DNA of 64,000 bases from NCBI GenBank assembly GCA_024679065.1, contig JAGIQG010000016.1, positions 2,666,001-2,730,000 of the forward strand, written 5' to 3'. Shown here one piece after another: positions 38,360 to 50,945 of this stretch. The notes under the pieces are model-generated. The model saw only the letters and a program-made list of their open reading frames with translations. It was not told the origin of the DNA and made no database searches. The translations under genes and the position numbers were made by a program. The stretch's first letter is position 1. Every line of letters starts with the position of its first letter. The DNA comes from Sphyrna mokarran. Taxonomy: Eukaryota.

Positions 38360-38535
38360 CACATTGTATGGAGGGGGAGCTGACCATCCCCGCTCTCTCC
38401 TCCCTCTCCCCGGGTGTGGGTTGAACAGTTTCCCGGGAGCCGGTACTCGGATTCTTGTTTCACTCCAATCCCTTCAGGGGAAAAAGCAACTTTTAATCCG
38501 GCTTTTTCTGACAAGAGACTGGGACATTAATCCTC
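38360..38535 (-). promoter_or_regulatory. Putative gene B promoter, paralogous to the gene A promoter
   Basis: gagtgaaac (IRF-like) and tcccgggaa (GAS-like); core resembles 6921-6946; close copies at 59362-59602 and 60686-60924. Confidence 0.55.
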
Positions 38536-38693
38536 ACTCCCCCCGTCTCACTGTGAATAGAAAAGTCCTAAAAGAACTTGTCAATAACGGTAAATCAGGT
38601 GACATACAACTTCTTTACACGAAAGAAAAAGTGAAAGCACTGGAGAAACTGCGTTTACATTTCAATTGGAACATGATATTTCTTCATATGACC

Positions 38694-39737
38694 TTATCTG
38701 TCTGAACCCCTTTAATACAGGAACCAGACCCTCGGTTTATCTGTCTGAACCCCTTTAATACAGGAACCAGACCCTCGGTTTATCTGTCTGAACCCCTTTA
38801 ATACAGGAACCAGACCCTCGGTTTATCTGTCTCAACCCATTTAGTACAGGAGTCAGACTCTGGGTTTATCTGTCTGAACACCTTTAATACAGGAGTCAGA
38901 CTCTGGGTTTATCTGTCTGAACCCCTTTAATACAGGAGTCAGACTCTGGGTTTATCTGTCTGAACCCCTTTAATACAAGAGTCAGACTCTGGGTTTATCT
39001 GTCTGAACCCCTTTAATACAGGAGCCAGACTCTGGGTTTATCTGTCTGAACCCCTTTAATGCAGGAGTCAGACTCTGGGTTTATCTGTCTGAACCCCTTT
39101 AATACAGGAACCAGACTCTGGGTTTATCTGTCTGAACCCGTTTAATACAGGAACAAAACTCTGGGTTTATCTGTCTGAACCCATTTAATACAGGAGTCAG
39201 ACTCTGGGTTTATCTGTCTGAACCCCTTTAATACAGGAGTCAGACTCTGGGTTTATCTGTCTGAACCACTTTAATACAGGAGTCAGACTCTGGGTTTATC
39301 TGTCTGAACCCCTTTAATACAGGAGTCAGACTCTGGGTTTATCTGTCTGAACCCCTTTAATACAGGAGTCAGACTCTGGGTTTATCTGTCTGAACCCCTT
39401 TAATACAGGAGTGAGACTCTGGGTTTATCTGTCTGAACCCCTTTAATACAGGAGCCAGACTCTGGGTTTATCTGTCTGAACCCCTTTAATACAGGAGCCA
39501 GACTCTGGGTTTATCTGTCTGAACCCCTTTAATACAGGAGCCAGACTCTGGGTTTATCTGTCTGACCCCCTTTAATACAGGAGTCAGACTCTGGGTTTAT
39601 CTGTCTGACCCCCTTTAATACAGGAGCCAGACTCTGGGCTTATCTGTCTGAACCCCTTTAATACAGGAACAAAACTCTGGGTTTATCTGTCTGACCCCCT
39701 TTAATACAGGAACAAAACTCTGGGTTTATCTGTCTGA
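38694..39737 (+). repeat. 43-bp minisatellite, about 24 copies (tttatctgtctgaacccctttaatacaggagtcagactctggg)
   Basis: Head-to-tail near-perfect units with no spacers. Confidence 0.97.
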
Positions 39738-42198
39738 ATTTTATTGCCAATATAGAGTGAAATGGGGCAAATAAATCCAGACTCTATTGGAGAATAAAAG
39801 AGTTTGGAATGAAGAATAGGAGGAAAATTTTTCCTTAGTCAGTTGTCAAGTAGGAAATACAATTGACAAGCAGGTTAAAATCTACAGATAAATAAAGTGA
39901 CCGAGTGATTGAAGGAATGGGTCTGATTAGATAACAACATCCAGCTCCACACAGGAAGAGAAGGCTGTTGAGGTATTAGATGCATGTTTTGCAAATCAAG
40001 AAAATGTCAACAGAGAAACCACCAGGCAAGAAACCTCCAGTCAATAAATCAACAGCCACAAAAAGAGATCAGAAAGCAGCAAGATCAAACAAAACAGTGA
40101 AGAAGTTCGCAAATAATTTCCTGTGAAGGCAATAATAAGTTGAAAGACTTAAAAAAAAATAAATTGAAGACTGAGTACAATGTGAAAGCAGTGGCAGGAA
40201 GGAAGCGAAAGCAGCAATGCAAATTGAACCTGGAGACTTTTCTCACAGTCACCCAGTTGTCGCAGGAAAGAACTGATCCTCAGATCGCGTGTTCCCTGTC
40301 CCAGGACTCAGAGCAAATTTCAGATAGAAATTATTTTTAACAGTAATATTTGTACCACACAAATGCCAGGCAATGACCATCACCAATCAGAGACACTCTA
40401 ACCATCGCCACTTAACATTCAATGGTGTTACCATCACTGAATGCCCCCATTGTCAACATCGACCAGAAACTCCACTGGACTCACCACATAAACACAATGG
40501 CTACCAGAGCAGGTTTGAGGCTAGGAATACTGCGGCGAGTAACTCACCTCCTGACTTCCCAAAGCCTGTCCGCTATCTACAGTGTGGAGGGGTGATGACT
40601 ACACTACTAATTCATTACTACACTAGACGACTAATTCAAGGGACCTGGGTTCAAATCCTGCCATGGCAAATAGTGGAATTTAAATTCAATAATTAAGAAT
40701 CTACTGATCACCATGAAACCATTGTCGATTGTCAGGAAAACCCATCTGGTTCACTAACGTCCTTTAGGGAAGGAAATTTCCATCTTTACCTGTGACTCCA
40801 GAGCCACAGCACTGTGATTGACTCTCAACTGCCCTTCAAGGCAGCTAGGGATGGACAATAAATGCTGGCCAACCAACAACGCCTATATCCCGTGAATGAA
40901 TGAAAAAAAATGCAAGGACACAAGGTGGGAGTGTGATGGAATACTCCCCACTTGCCTGGATGGGTGCATGGTTGACCTCCTCTCAAGTAAGTTGCTCAGA
41001 TACTTGTCCCTCCCTTGATCTTGCCCATGTCTTTTCTTGCAAGAGCAGATTCTGAGAAGGCCGAACTCTGTCTGGACAGGTACTCGCTAATACAATCAAC
41101 CCTGATGTGATGTCAGTGGGACTCATGGTAGGAAGTATAGACAAGGGTTGGCAGAGGATTGTTAAGGCGTCACTTGTGGTGGTGGTTTGCGACACCACAT
41201 CTCCAAGTGTATGAACCTTGCCATGAAAAGGGCTTCTCTTGCTGTCCTGTCCTGCTGGACCCATGGCCATCTGTCCTCCATCCTTCAGTTCTTCCTCGGC
41301 CTCATTCTCTATATCCTCCTAGCCTTCCTCCTCTTCAGGGGCATCCAGAGAAAGTTAGGTGGATTGGCCATGCTAAATTGTCCTTTAGTGTCCCAAGTTG
41401 TATAGGTTATGGGGATTTGCAGGGCAAATGCATGGGATTACGAGGATAGAGCAGGGGGGATTGGCCTAGGTAGGATGCTCTGTCAGAATGTTGGTGTGGA
41501 TATAATGGGCCAAATGTGCTGTAGGGACTCTATAATCCCATGACTCACACTGAACACAATTTAAAATGTCATCAGACACTCTGATTAGGATCAAGAAATG
41601 GTGTTAAACATGGGAAACTGTGTGAATGTTTGATATTGAATCTTATTCAAAAGGAAACTCTGCCCTTTCAGATGATCAGGTGCTGCCTCATCACCTACAC
41701 TGTGTACCTGTCCATCACTGTCTCCCTCCTAACCCCCCCCCCCCACCTCCCCTCCCCCCCCCCCCCCCCAACCTGTCCAAACCCCCATCCACATCCTTGG
41801 GAACCCCCTCCCTCACCTGTTCCGATCTTTACATTTCAAGGTCAGTTTTCAGCTCCTGAATTCCACCTCACATTGTCTACCCCCTCAGTCTGTGATTTTT
41901 CTCCCAAGGGAGGGATGACCAATATCCTGGTGTGTTCTCCCAGCACATGTACAAATGGAAAACATGTGATTCAAAGTGCTGTACAGCTGCTCTATGCTTA
42001 CAAATATCTAGCACAAGCTGGTTTTAGTTAAAAGCCCTCAATGCCTGAGTTTTAACCTTCCCACACAAATGAAAGCAGTGAGGTACTAATCAGTGCTCCT
42101 TGTAAATCAAGCATCGCAGTGTAACCATGTGAAGCTCGGAATGTAATCTACCAGCAGGGAGGTTATATCTGTGGATAAATACTTTCAATCTTTTCCAG

Positions 42199-42478
42199 GT
42201 TTTTCACATTTCCCAGTTTCTGGGTTCCTTGGGAAGCAGGTTGTGCTGCCCTGTACCTACAAAGGGAATGTCCCAGTCTCAGATTTAATGGTAATCTGGG
42301 GGATATCCAAGAGTGAATTTTTATACAAATTTGTCAATGGGAAAGATGATTTGACAGAACAAGATCCATGGTTCAGAAACAGAACAAAGCTGTTCAAAGG
42401 TCAACTGGAACAAGGAAACTGGTCAGTTTGCTCTTTGACCTCAGAGAGTTAGACCAGGGTGAGTATCAGCGTCAGTTT
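42199..42478 (+). pseudogene. Truncated IgV pseudo-exon, paralog of gene A V1 (duplicated block 41838-42478 corresponds to ~10890-11530)
   Basis: Same acceptor and upstream intron as V1; 1-nt deletion at ~42428, second Cys changed to Arg (cgt), no G strand or donor. Confidence 0.9.
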
Positions 42479-43469
42479 AAAAGATAAGGCTTTCATCACC
42501 TTAACACTCTGGGTTACCAGCTGCCCTCTGGTGCCCATTCTGGTCAATTCCACTGTGGGGAGCACTACCCCTGTAATGTGAGTGAATATTAATGCTTTGT
42601 CCCATTTCATCTGCCCTTTCTTCAACTGTCCTAGAAAATTGCTAAGTACCTTATTGCCTGTGAGGTAATTGATTGAAGGAACTCATGATTCCCAAATGTG
42701 TACAAAAACACACATAACCCTGTAAATTTTGAGTGATTAAATTTACTTCACGCAGAATACAGCAAAGATGCAGAGTGAGACATACAGAACAATGATTCAA
42801 CACTTAGAAATATGAACTGATACTGATTAATTGTGGAATTTTATAGAAGTGTCTCCTATTCACAAATTGGGGGGGGGGGGTGGGCAGTGGCACTGTACTA
42901 GTCTGTTGGCATTTTTCTCTAATATCTGCAAAGAGCTGAAGAGACATGATCAAGTGAAGGTCTGAGTAAGGGGCTTCCACTTCTCTCATTGGGGATCAGA
43001 ACCCCCATTCACCTCCTGCACCCCAGTCACTCCCCGATTGCAGAATTGCACAGGCAACCTTCCCATCTCCCCTTAGGCCCTGCACTCTTCAGGCTCCAGC
43101 TCTTCCTCTTCAGATCGCCTCTCACCTTAGGTTCCAATGTGCCAGGCTGGCATTGCTAGGGTCCCAAGCCAGCATTGCCCAATGGGCATTGTGCCCTGCC
43201 CCAACCACCAGGGGGTCTGAATGGCCTCCAGTGCAACAGCGAGGCCATCATGACAGGTCTCCGTTATTGGGGACATTACAAGATCCTTGCTGGTGGGCAC
43301 CTCCACCAGCGAGGCTATTACGGGAAGTGAGCCTCGGCCAATTCTATCGCAGGCTCACTAATAATGTTTAAGATATTATAATCAACCCCACACCCTTCCT
43401 GGCTTCACAGTGGCAGGAAACCAGGCGTGGACCTGTTTTTTTGCCTCTTGTGATCTTACAGGCTAGCTA

Positions 43470-46400
43470 TGCCAATCAACTGGTGGGATGAGCTAGTAAG
43501 GTTGCCCCCATTGTGTCCAAAATCTGTTTCGCTGGATATAATAGAACATTTTGCAGTGAACTAAATGAAAACAAAGTTATGTGGAAAATCTGAGAAAAGA
43601 GTTTGAAGTTGGAGGCTAAAAGCAATGTAAAAGTCTCATCCTGTCCCATTTTCTGAGCATGAAGGGAAATGGGATGACAGAGCTGAGAAGTTGGTTGAAA
43701 TTTTTCAGAAACAATCAAGGCCATCTGCTGTTGTGTTTGTAAATTATTCCCTAAGCCCAGTGAAAGAAAATAAAAATTCATTGACGGGCACTCTAATTGG
43801 ACGAGATATTGCTGACCATGAAACTTCCAAAGCAGTATTAAATCTATATGTGCATTTGTTCAAATCTGTAAATCATCGAGAAGAATTGATTGGTTCTGTT
43901 TGAAAAGGAGTGTTCTCGTTAGAGGAAGATAGTTGTTGCCCTGTCAAATAACTGTCTTCTTTGGGACTACCTCCAGAGGGCGTGTTAAACATAGAACGCT
44001 ACAGCATAAACAGGCCCTTTAGCCCACAAGTTGTGCTGATCATATCTATACCTACCAGGCCTCTCTATAACTCTCAATCCCATTAAATCCCATGTACTCA
44101 TCCATAAAAGACCCCAGTGAGTTTACCTCTACCACCGCTGACGGCAGCCGATTCCACTCACTCATCGCCCTCTGAGTGAAAAACTTACCCTTGACGTCTC
44201 CTCTGTATCTGCTCTCCAGCACCATTGTCAAATTGAAAAGTTATTTTTTTATTAGCCTGTCTCGAATATCTCAGTGAATTTTACAAATTTCTGAAAGAGC
44301 ATTTGAAAGATTATCAACACTGTGTCTCAGGGAAGTCCAACTTTTTAACATACCACACCTACATTAACTTCATCAACATAATGGCAGAGCAGTTCAGAAA
44401 CCAATTCACCAATGACATAAAAGATGCCAAATACTGTTCCATAATAATTGCTTCAAAAACCAATATGAGCATGTGGACCAATTACCATTAATTGTAAGCT
44501 AATGTAACTAGCAATGATGGAGTTGCAGAGCAATTTCTTCATTTTTTCCAGCTGCAATCCCATATTTCTGAATGTTCAGAGATAAATGTCAAAAATTGTC
44601 ATGGACAGAGCTTTGAGAATGCCACAAAGATGGCAGGAAAATACTCAGGTGTACAAGCAAGACTGAACAATGCAAGCCCCCCTGTGCATTATTCATCCTA
44701 TGTTCCAGTCACTCTGTGAATTTGATCTGCAATGCAACAGCTGATTCCTGTGAGGCAGCTACACATTTTCTTTGGCTTTGTACAAAATGTGTAGGCCTTT
44801 TCTTCAGTTTCCATGCAGTGGAGAAGTACGAGCTAACCGCACTTAGAACAGGCAAACTCAAAACATTTGTCAGTCAAAAGAATTTGTGTCACCAGGTGTC
44901 TGTTCATGCTGATGCTGTTTTGGCTCAAAAAAAGGAAATTTGCTGATATAAAGAAAACTTTACTGGACATTTACATCAAATTCTGAAAAACAGAATATAA
45001 AAACTGAAGCAAAATCCTTAGCTGAAGGGTTTGAAGAGTGCAATATTGCTGTATTTACTCTTTTTGAGAAATCATTTACTTAAAAGAATCAATGCCACTA
45101 GCAAATCGCTGCAAAATGTTGACACAAATTGATTAATTATGCACAATTGTTAGCTACAGTTAAAAGTTTTATCATCAAAGTTTGAAATGACTATAACATT
45201 GTGGAAGCAGAGGCACCAACATTAACAGAAAACATTGGTCCATCTGATACGTCTGATGAGAAGCATAAATTAAACAGAAGTTATTTTTCAATTAAACTAT
45301 GAAACCAATTTAAAAGGAAAAAAGATGCTCACTTTGTGACAAATATTGGTGCAATTGCAGAGTAGAAATGTATCTCTGAAGAAAGCTGTTTACTTGTTTT
45401 GTGTGCTTTTTGACAAGTATGGGTGAAAATAAGTCATAGAAGTCTACAGCACAGAAAAATGCCCTTCAGCCCAGTGTGTCTGTGCTGGTTAAAGACAAAC
45501 CACCCAACTATTCAAATCCCATTTTCCAGCATTTGATTCATAGCCTTGACATTGCAAATGCACATTCAAATACTTCTTAAATATTATGAGGATCTCTGCC
45601 TCCATCACCCTTTCAAGCTGTGAGCTGCAGACTCCCACAAACATCTGAATGAAAAGGCTTTTCCCCACATCCCTCTAAATCTACTGCCCTTTACTTAAAC
45701 CAATGCCCCTGGTCAGTGAGCCCTCCAAAAGGAAAAAATTTCTGCTCTTTCAAAGCCTTTCATAATTTGATACATCTCAGTCATGTTCTCCCTGGTCTCC
45801 TCTGCTCCAAGGAAAACCGCACAAGTCTATCCAATCTCTATTCATCACTAAAACTCTCTGTAGCCCAAGGAACATCCTAGTAAATCTCTTCTGCACCTTT
45901 CCAGTGTTATCACACCTCTCCTAAAATGTGGATTCCAAACTGCGCACAATACTTCAGCTGTGGTCTAACCAACACCTTATACAGTTCCAGCATAACCTCC
46001 TTGCTCTTAAACTCTAAGCCTAGGCTGATAAAGGCATGTCTACCATATGCCTTCTTAACCACTTAATACACCTGTCCGGGTACTTTAAGAGAATAGTGTA
46101 CATGAACACTTAGATCTCTGTGATCTTTGGTGATTACCAGGGTCCTGTCATTCATCATATTTTCCCTTGTTTGTCCTGCCCAGTTTACTAGATTGAATTT
46201 CCTTTGCCACTGATCAGCCCATCTGAGCAGCCTGTCTATATCCTTCTAAGAAAGCTACCCTCCTCACTGTTTACCACCCTAGTAATTTTCATATCATCCG
46301 TGAACATACTCAGCAATCTTCCTATCTTCAAGTTTAGATCATTTATATAACCTACAAAGAGAAAGGGCCTTAACACTGTTCCCTGCAGGATGCCACTAGT

Positions 46401-47272
46401 CACAGTTTTCCAGTCTGGAAAACACTCCTCGGCCATCAACACTGTTTCCTATCATCAAGCAAATTCTGGATCCAAATTTCCAAACTTCCTTGAATCCCAT
46501 GGGCTGTCATCTTCACTATCAGTCTCTCATGCAGAACCTTATCAAAAACCTCAGTGAAGTCCAAGGAGACTAGGTCAAATGCATTGCCTTCATCTACACA
46601 CCTCTTTGAAAAATTCAATCAAGTTTGAATTTGATGACTTCCTCATCAAAGGAAGATGAGACTTCCTCATGACTTCCTTGTAACAAAACCTTGCTGACTG
46701 TTCTTGATTAATCCATGCCTTTCCAGATTCAAATTAATTCTATTTCTCAGAATTGCTTCCAATTGTTTCCCTACCATTGAAGTTAGACAATAGTTACCCT
46801 GGTGTATCCTCCAGCACCTCTCCTATGACCAGAGAGGAATTGAAAATTATTGCCTGCAACCTAGCTATTTCCTCCCTCATTTCACACAACATTCCAGGAC
46901 ACATTTCAACTGGCCCTGGAGATTTATCTACTTTTAAGCCTATCAGATCACTCAGAATCTCCTCTTGCTCTATCTTAATTTCTTTAATTACATGCTAAAA
47001 TGCTAAAAGCCACTGCAGTAAGCAATTAAGTGAATTTTACCTGGAGAACATAGACACGCATGAAGTGAAATAATTCATTCATTTTATTGCAAATGTGCTG
47101 TGTGCTTCCAGTTCATCAGCTGATCTGTACAGACTGGTACGTGACAGTTTGCAGGTAACCTTTCTAAATGTGGAAACCATTCTGAAATGTTTTTAACAAC
47201 ATCTGTCACAATGCTTCTGATTAACTTTTTTCTGTTTTGTAAAGAGTTAAAACTTATTTACAAAGTTTTATG
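43470..47272 (+). mobile_element. hAT-superfamily transposase fossil (Tip100/ZMYM1-like), interrupted by CR1 pieces at ~43985-44220 and 45435-46995
   Basis: DIKDAKYCSII, CHGQSFENATKMAGKYSGVQARL and FLNVETIL..FSVL-RVKTYLQS (dimerization domain) remnants. Confidence 0.75.
45435..46995 (-). mobile_element. Decayed CR1 LINE
   Basis: VDEGNAFDLVSLDFTEVFDKV, VTSGILQGTVLRPFLF and FTDDMKI motifs. Confidence 0.85.
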
Positions 47273-47862
47273 AGCTGCCCGCTCCTGTCTCAGGATTGAT
47301 CAAGTTTTTCTGGATTAGTCAATGCTTTGACAGGGTACAGTCTATCCATGCTGACAGAGCTTCTTTCAGAGACATTGAAGAGCCAATCCTGTGGTTAGAT
47401 TGTATGATCTGGAGATGCTGGCATTGGATTGAGGTAAACACAGCAAGAATTCTCAGAACACCGGGTTAAAGTCCAACAGGTTTATTTGGTAGCACAAGCT
47501 ATTAGCTGTCGGGGCACTGCTCTTTTGTCAAGTAAGTGTGAGTTCTGTTCACAAACAGGATATATAAAGATACAAACTCAATTTATAAAATAATTCCGCC
47601 AAGTTCCGCACACATGACGACAGCCTCACCCAGGATCTTGGGTTCATGTCACACTATCCGTAACCCCCATTTGGGCTTGCAAAATCTCACTAACTGTCCT
47701 GGCTGGAGACAATAACATCTTTTTAAACTATGCTTAACGCTCTCTTCATTCACATTGACTGTACCTTTAAGACTTGATTACTTATAATGACTTGCATTCC
47801 AATCATCATTTTGTAAATCGAGTTTGTGTCTTTATTCGCCCTCTTTGTGAACAGAAGTCCCA

Positions 47863-47901
47863 CTCACCTGACGAAGGGGCAGCACTCCGAAAGCTAGTGG
47901 G
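47863..47901 (+). ncRNA. Minimal type I hammerhead ribozyme motif in a Penelope-derived terminus
   Basis: Stem I CUCAC/GUGGG, CUGACGA core, stem II GGGG/CUCC, GAAA, palindromic stem III AGCU, predicted CUA cleavage triplet. Confidence 0.65.
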
Positions 47902-48819
47902 TTGTGCTACCAAATAAACCTATTGGACTTTAACCTGGTGTTGTGAGATTTCTTACTGTCAGATTATATCTCAGAGGCTACTTAAGGCTCAGGATTTACC
48001 AAAGATCCCAGTTACCCAGCCTGAAGGGAGCTGGAAGCAGGGGAGGAGAAACTTTTGAACCAGAAGCAACCAGAGTCAACTTTTAAATTTAAGAAACTTT
48101 TAACAGAATAGCCATTTTAAATTAAAGTACTTTTTAAAAAAAACTTGGAGAACACTTTTGAACAACAAGAACCTCTTTAACCCAAAGAACTTATTAAATC
48201 CAAACCTTTTTAAAATTAAAATTACTGAGAAAGACCATTGGGATCCACTAGATGAAAATTTGATATTTTTGAATTAAGTATTTGTAAGGTTTCTATACAT
48301 CTTTTGGAGATTTGATTTATATATCATACATAAAATACATGTACTTATATACCAGGAGGTAACCTACATCTAACTCTCAATTATCTTAACTGCTATTCAG
48401 TCTCTTGTCATTGGTAGCGGATGTGAATCAGTCTGATGATGGCCCATATTGAAGTCTTCTTTGACAACTTCCATCCACAAGTGACAATTTCCTGACAATT
48501 TATTCCTGGAGAGGATACACCACTCCCCAGCTCAGCTGGCCAATTGACTGCATGAGGTTTCACAGGTCCAATCTATCTCCATTCCACTTGGCTCCATCAT
48601 ATGGCTATTGTCCTTGGAATCAGATAGGGCAGCACTCAAATTGGATTTGATCTCCGGGGGTTGGGGCCATTTATTTCCTCATTTCTTTACAAGCCAATCA
48701 ATATGCTACACTTTACAGTTTCAAATACATATTTTATCCAAAAACATTATTGTGGCCGAAATACATCTGTTCAGACGGTGAGAGCTACTCAAAGTTAGAG
48801 TTAATATCTTTGGTTCAAG

Positions 48820-49278
48820 GAAGAACAAAGAACAAAACAGCATGGGAAACAGGCCCTTCGGCCCAACGAGCCCGTGCCACCACCTCGATGTTCCCGCCCA
48901 TGATCCCTGTCTATATTTGTAGATCTATGCATTGAAACCAAATTTGAGACAATTTAAGGAGAATTAGTTCTGCCAATCAGCCTAAGAGCACATCTTTGGG
49001 ATGTGGGAGGAAACTGGAGCACCTGGAGAAAACCTACGCAAGCACGGGGAGAATGCGCAAACTCCCACAGACACAGGCCCAAATCCATGTATCTGCACAG
49101 CACAGCGATAGTCACTGAGCTGTCGTGTTGCCCATCAAATGGTCTGGGTCAAGCGTACACTAACGACAAGAAGCACTAGAATATTCTCAAACAAAATCCA
49201 AGAGCAGCCCTCTCATGACCAATCGCGTGTATGCCCCTTGTTAGACAACAAGACGGACCAAAGTACCTGTAGAATAAA
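48820..49278 (-). mobile_element. Second copy of the composite unique-segment plus V-SINE-like repeat at 525-980
   Basis: Reverse-complement match throughout, including the tail. Confidence 0.85.
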
Positions 49279-50559
49279 AGTTTAATGATTTTAGCCATAC
49301 AGTTTTAAAATCACTGAGAAAATAAATAATTCATAATGTGCTATTCATAAACTGATAATTTATCAATAGTTTTAAATAAAAGTCCAACCATTTTAAATTG
49401 GTATTAGTTTTTCCAAAAAGGGCTATTAAGCTTAAATCCACTAAATACTAATATCCGTAAGTTATATCTGATGCATACTTAATTATTTGATTCGATATCT
49501 AAATTGGAGAAATCATTACTATGCACTATGAAAAAAATCAAACACAATTAGAAACTATTTTATCAAAATCAAGTTGAAAACTTGCCTTAATTCTTCACAT
49601 CTTAAGTTTTATAGATGACTTTACGGACAAATTCAGATTTGATTTGCTTTATTGTCACATGTATCTTGTTTCTTGCACGCTACATAGACAAAATATACCA
49701 TTCTTAGAGAAGGAAAGGAGAGGGTGTTACAGTCATAGCTACGTTGTAGAGAAAGGTCAACTTAATACAAGGTAAGTCCATTCAAAAGTCTGATGGCAGC
49801 AGGGAAGAAGGTCTTGGAGTCATTTGGTACATGACCTTAGACTTATATATATTTTTCCCAAAGGATGAAGGTGGAAGAGAGAATGTCGGGTGCGTGGGGT
49901 CCATGATTATGCTGGCGGCTTTGCCGAAGCAGTGGAAAGTGAGAAAGAGTCAACAGAGGTGAGGCTAGTTTGTGTGATGGACTGGGATATAAGCTGTGGT
50001 ACAACCAGAATGCTTTAAATATTTAAAACGTTAAGAGAATTGAGAGTTAGGTGTAGGTTAATTTCGGTCTTATTTCCTCCTGGCATATAAATACATGTAT
50101 TTTATATATAATATATTTTAAAAATCTCCAAAAGACACGTAGAAACCTGACAAATATTTAATTCAGAAATATCAATTTTTTTCATCTAGTCGCTCCCAAT
50201 GGTTTTTCCCGGTAATTTTAACAAGGTTTGGGTTTAAAAAATTCTTCAGGTTAAAGAGGTTCTTGTGGTTGAAGAAGTAGTCTCCAAATTTGAAAAAAAA
50301 GTACTTGTGATTTAAAATGATTAGTTTGTTACAAGGTTCTTAAATGTAAAAGTTGCTTCTGGTTTAGAAGTTTCTCTTCCCCTGCCTCCAGCTCCTCTCG
50401 GGCTGGCTAACTGGGCTCTTCGGTAAATGTTGAGGCAGCCCCAGCCGCTGAGATACAATCTGACCACAGGATTGGCTCTTCGAGGTCGCTGACAGAAGCT
50501 CCATCAGCACTGATAGGCTCTACCCTGTCTAAGCACCTCTCCGATTGTCTCATATGTAA

Positions 50560-50945
50560 AGATTCGTCCAATCTTGAGACAGAAGGCGGGGCAGTGAATT
50601 TCTCCCCACCTCAAGCCCCTCATTGGTTTATCTGTAAACAGTGAACCAATCTGTTGGGCCGGATTCCGTCATGACTCCCGATTGGCTACTCCGCAAAGGC
50701 TCAGCCAACCCGGCTGAGTCAGGGGGCGGGGCTGTGATTGTTAAGCGATGTGCGATACGGTAACCAGCACTAACCAATCACTGGGCCTAGAAAGTGGCGG
50801 GAAATAGGATCGTGCTCCGGGGCGGGGGCGGGGAGTACCAATTGACAGGACGACCCGGCACCTGATTGGTCCACTGCCTCTGGCCCCGCCTCCCCCGCGA
50901 GGCGGAACCGTTGGAGGGAAAAAAACGGTTAAAATTTGAAAAGTG
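50560..50945. promoter_or_regulatory. CpG-rich promoter with cell-cycle-type elements, probably bidirectional
   Basis: At least 7 CCAAT/ATTGG boxes, GC boxes, E2F site tggcgggaaa (50795-50804), MYB-like aaccgttg (50906) and aacggtt (50924), CHR tttgaa (50935-50940), forkhead gtaaaca (50634). Confidence 0.75.

Noticed and set aside
38694-39737. CRISPR-like array
   Set aside because: Units are head-to-tail with no unique spacers, there are no cas genes, and the context is vertebrate.
47275-50593. DNA transposon with long terminal inverted repeats
   Set aside because: No transposase between the arms and no TSD seen; the right arm is continuous with a CpG promoter and decay is asymmetric, which favours local duplication.
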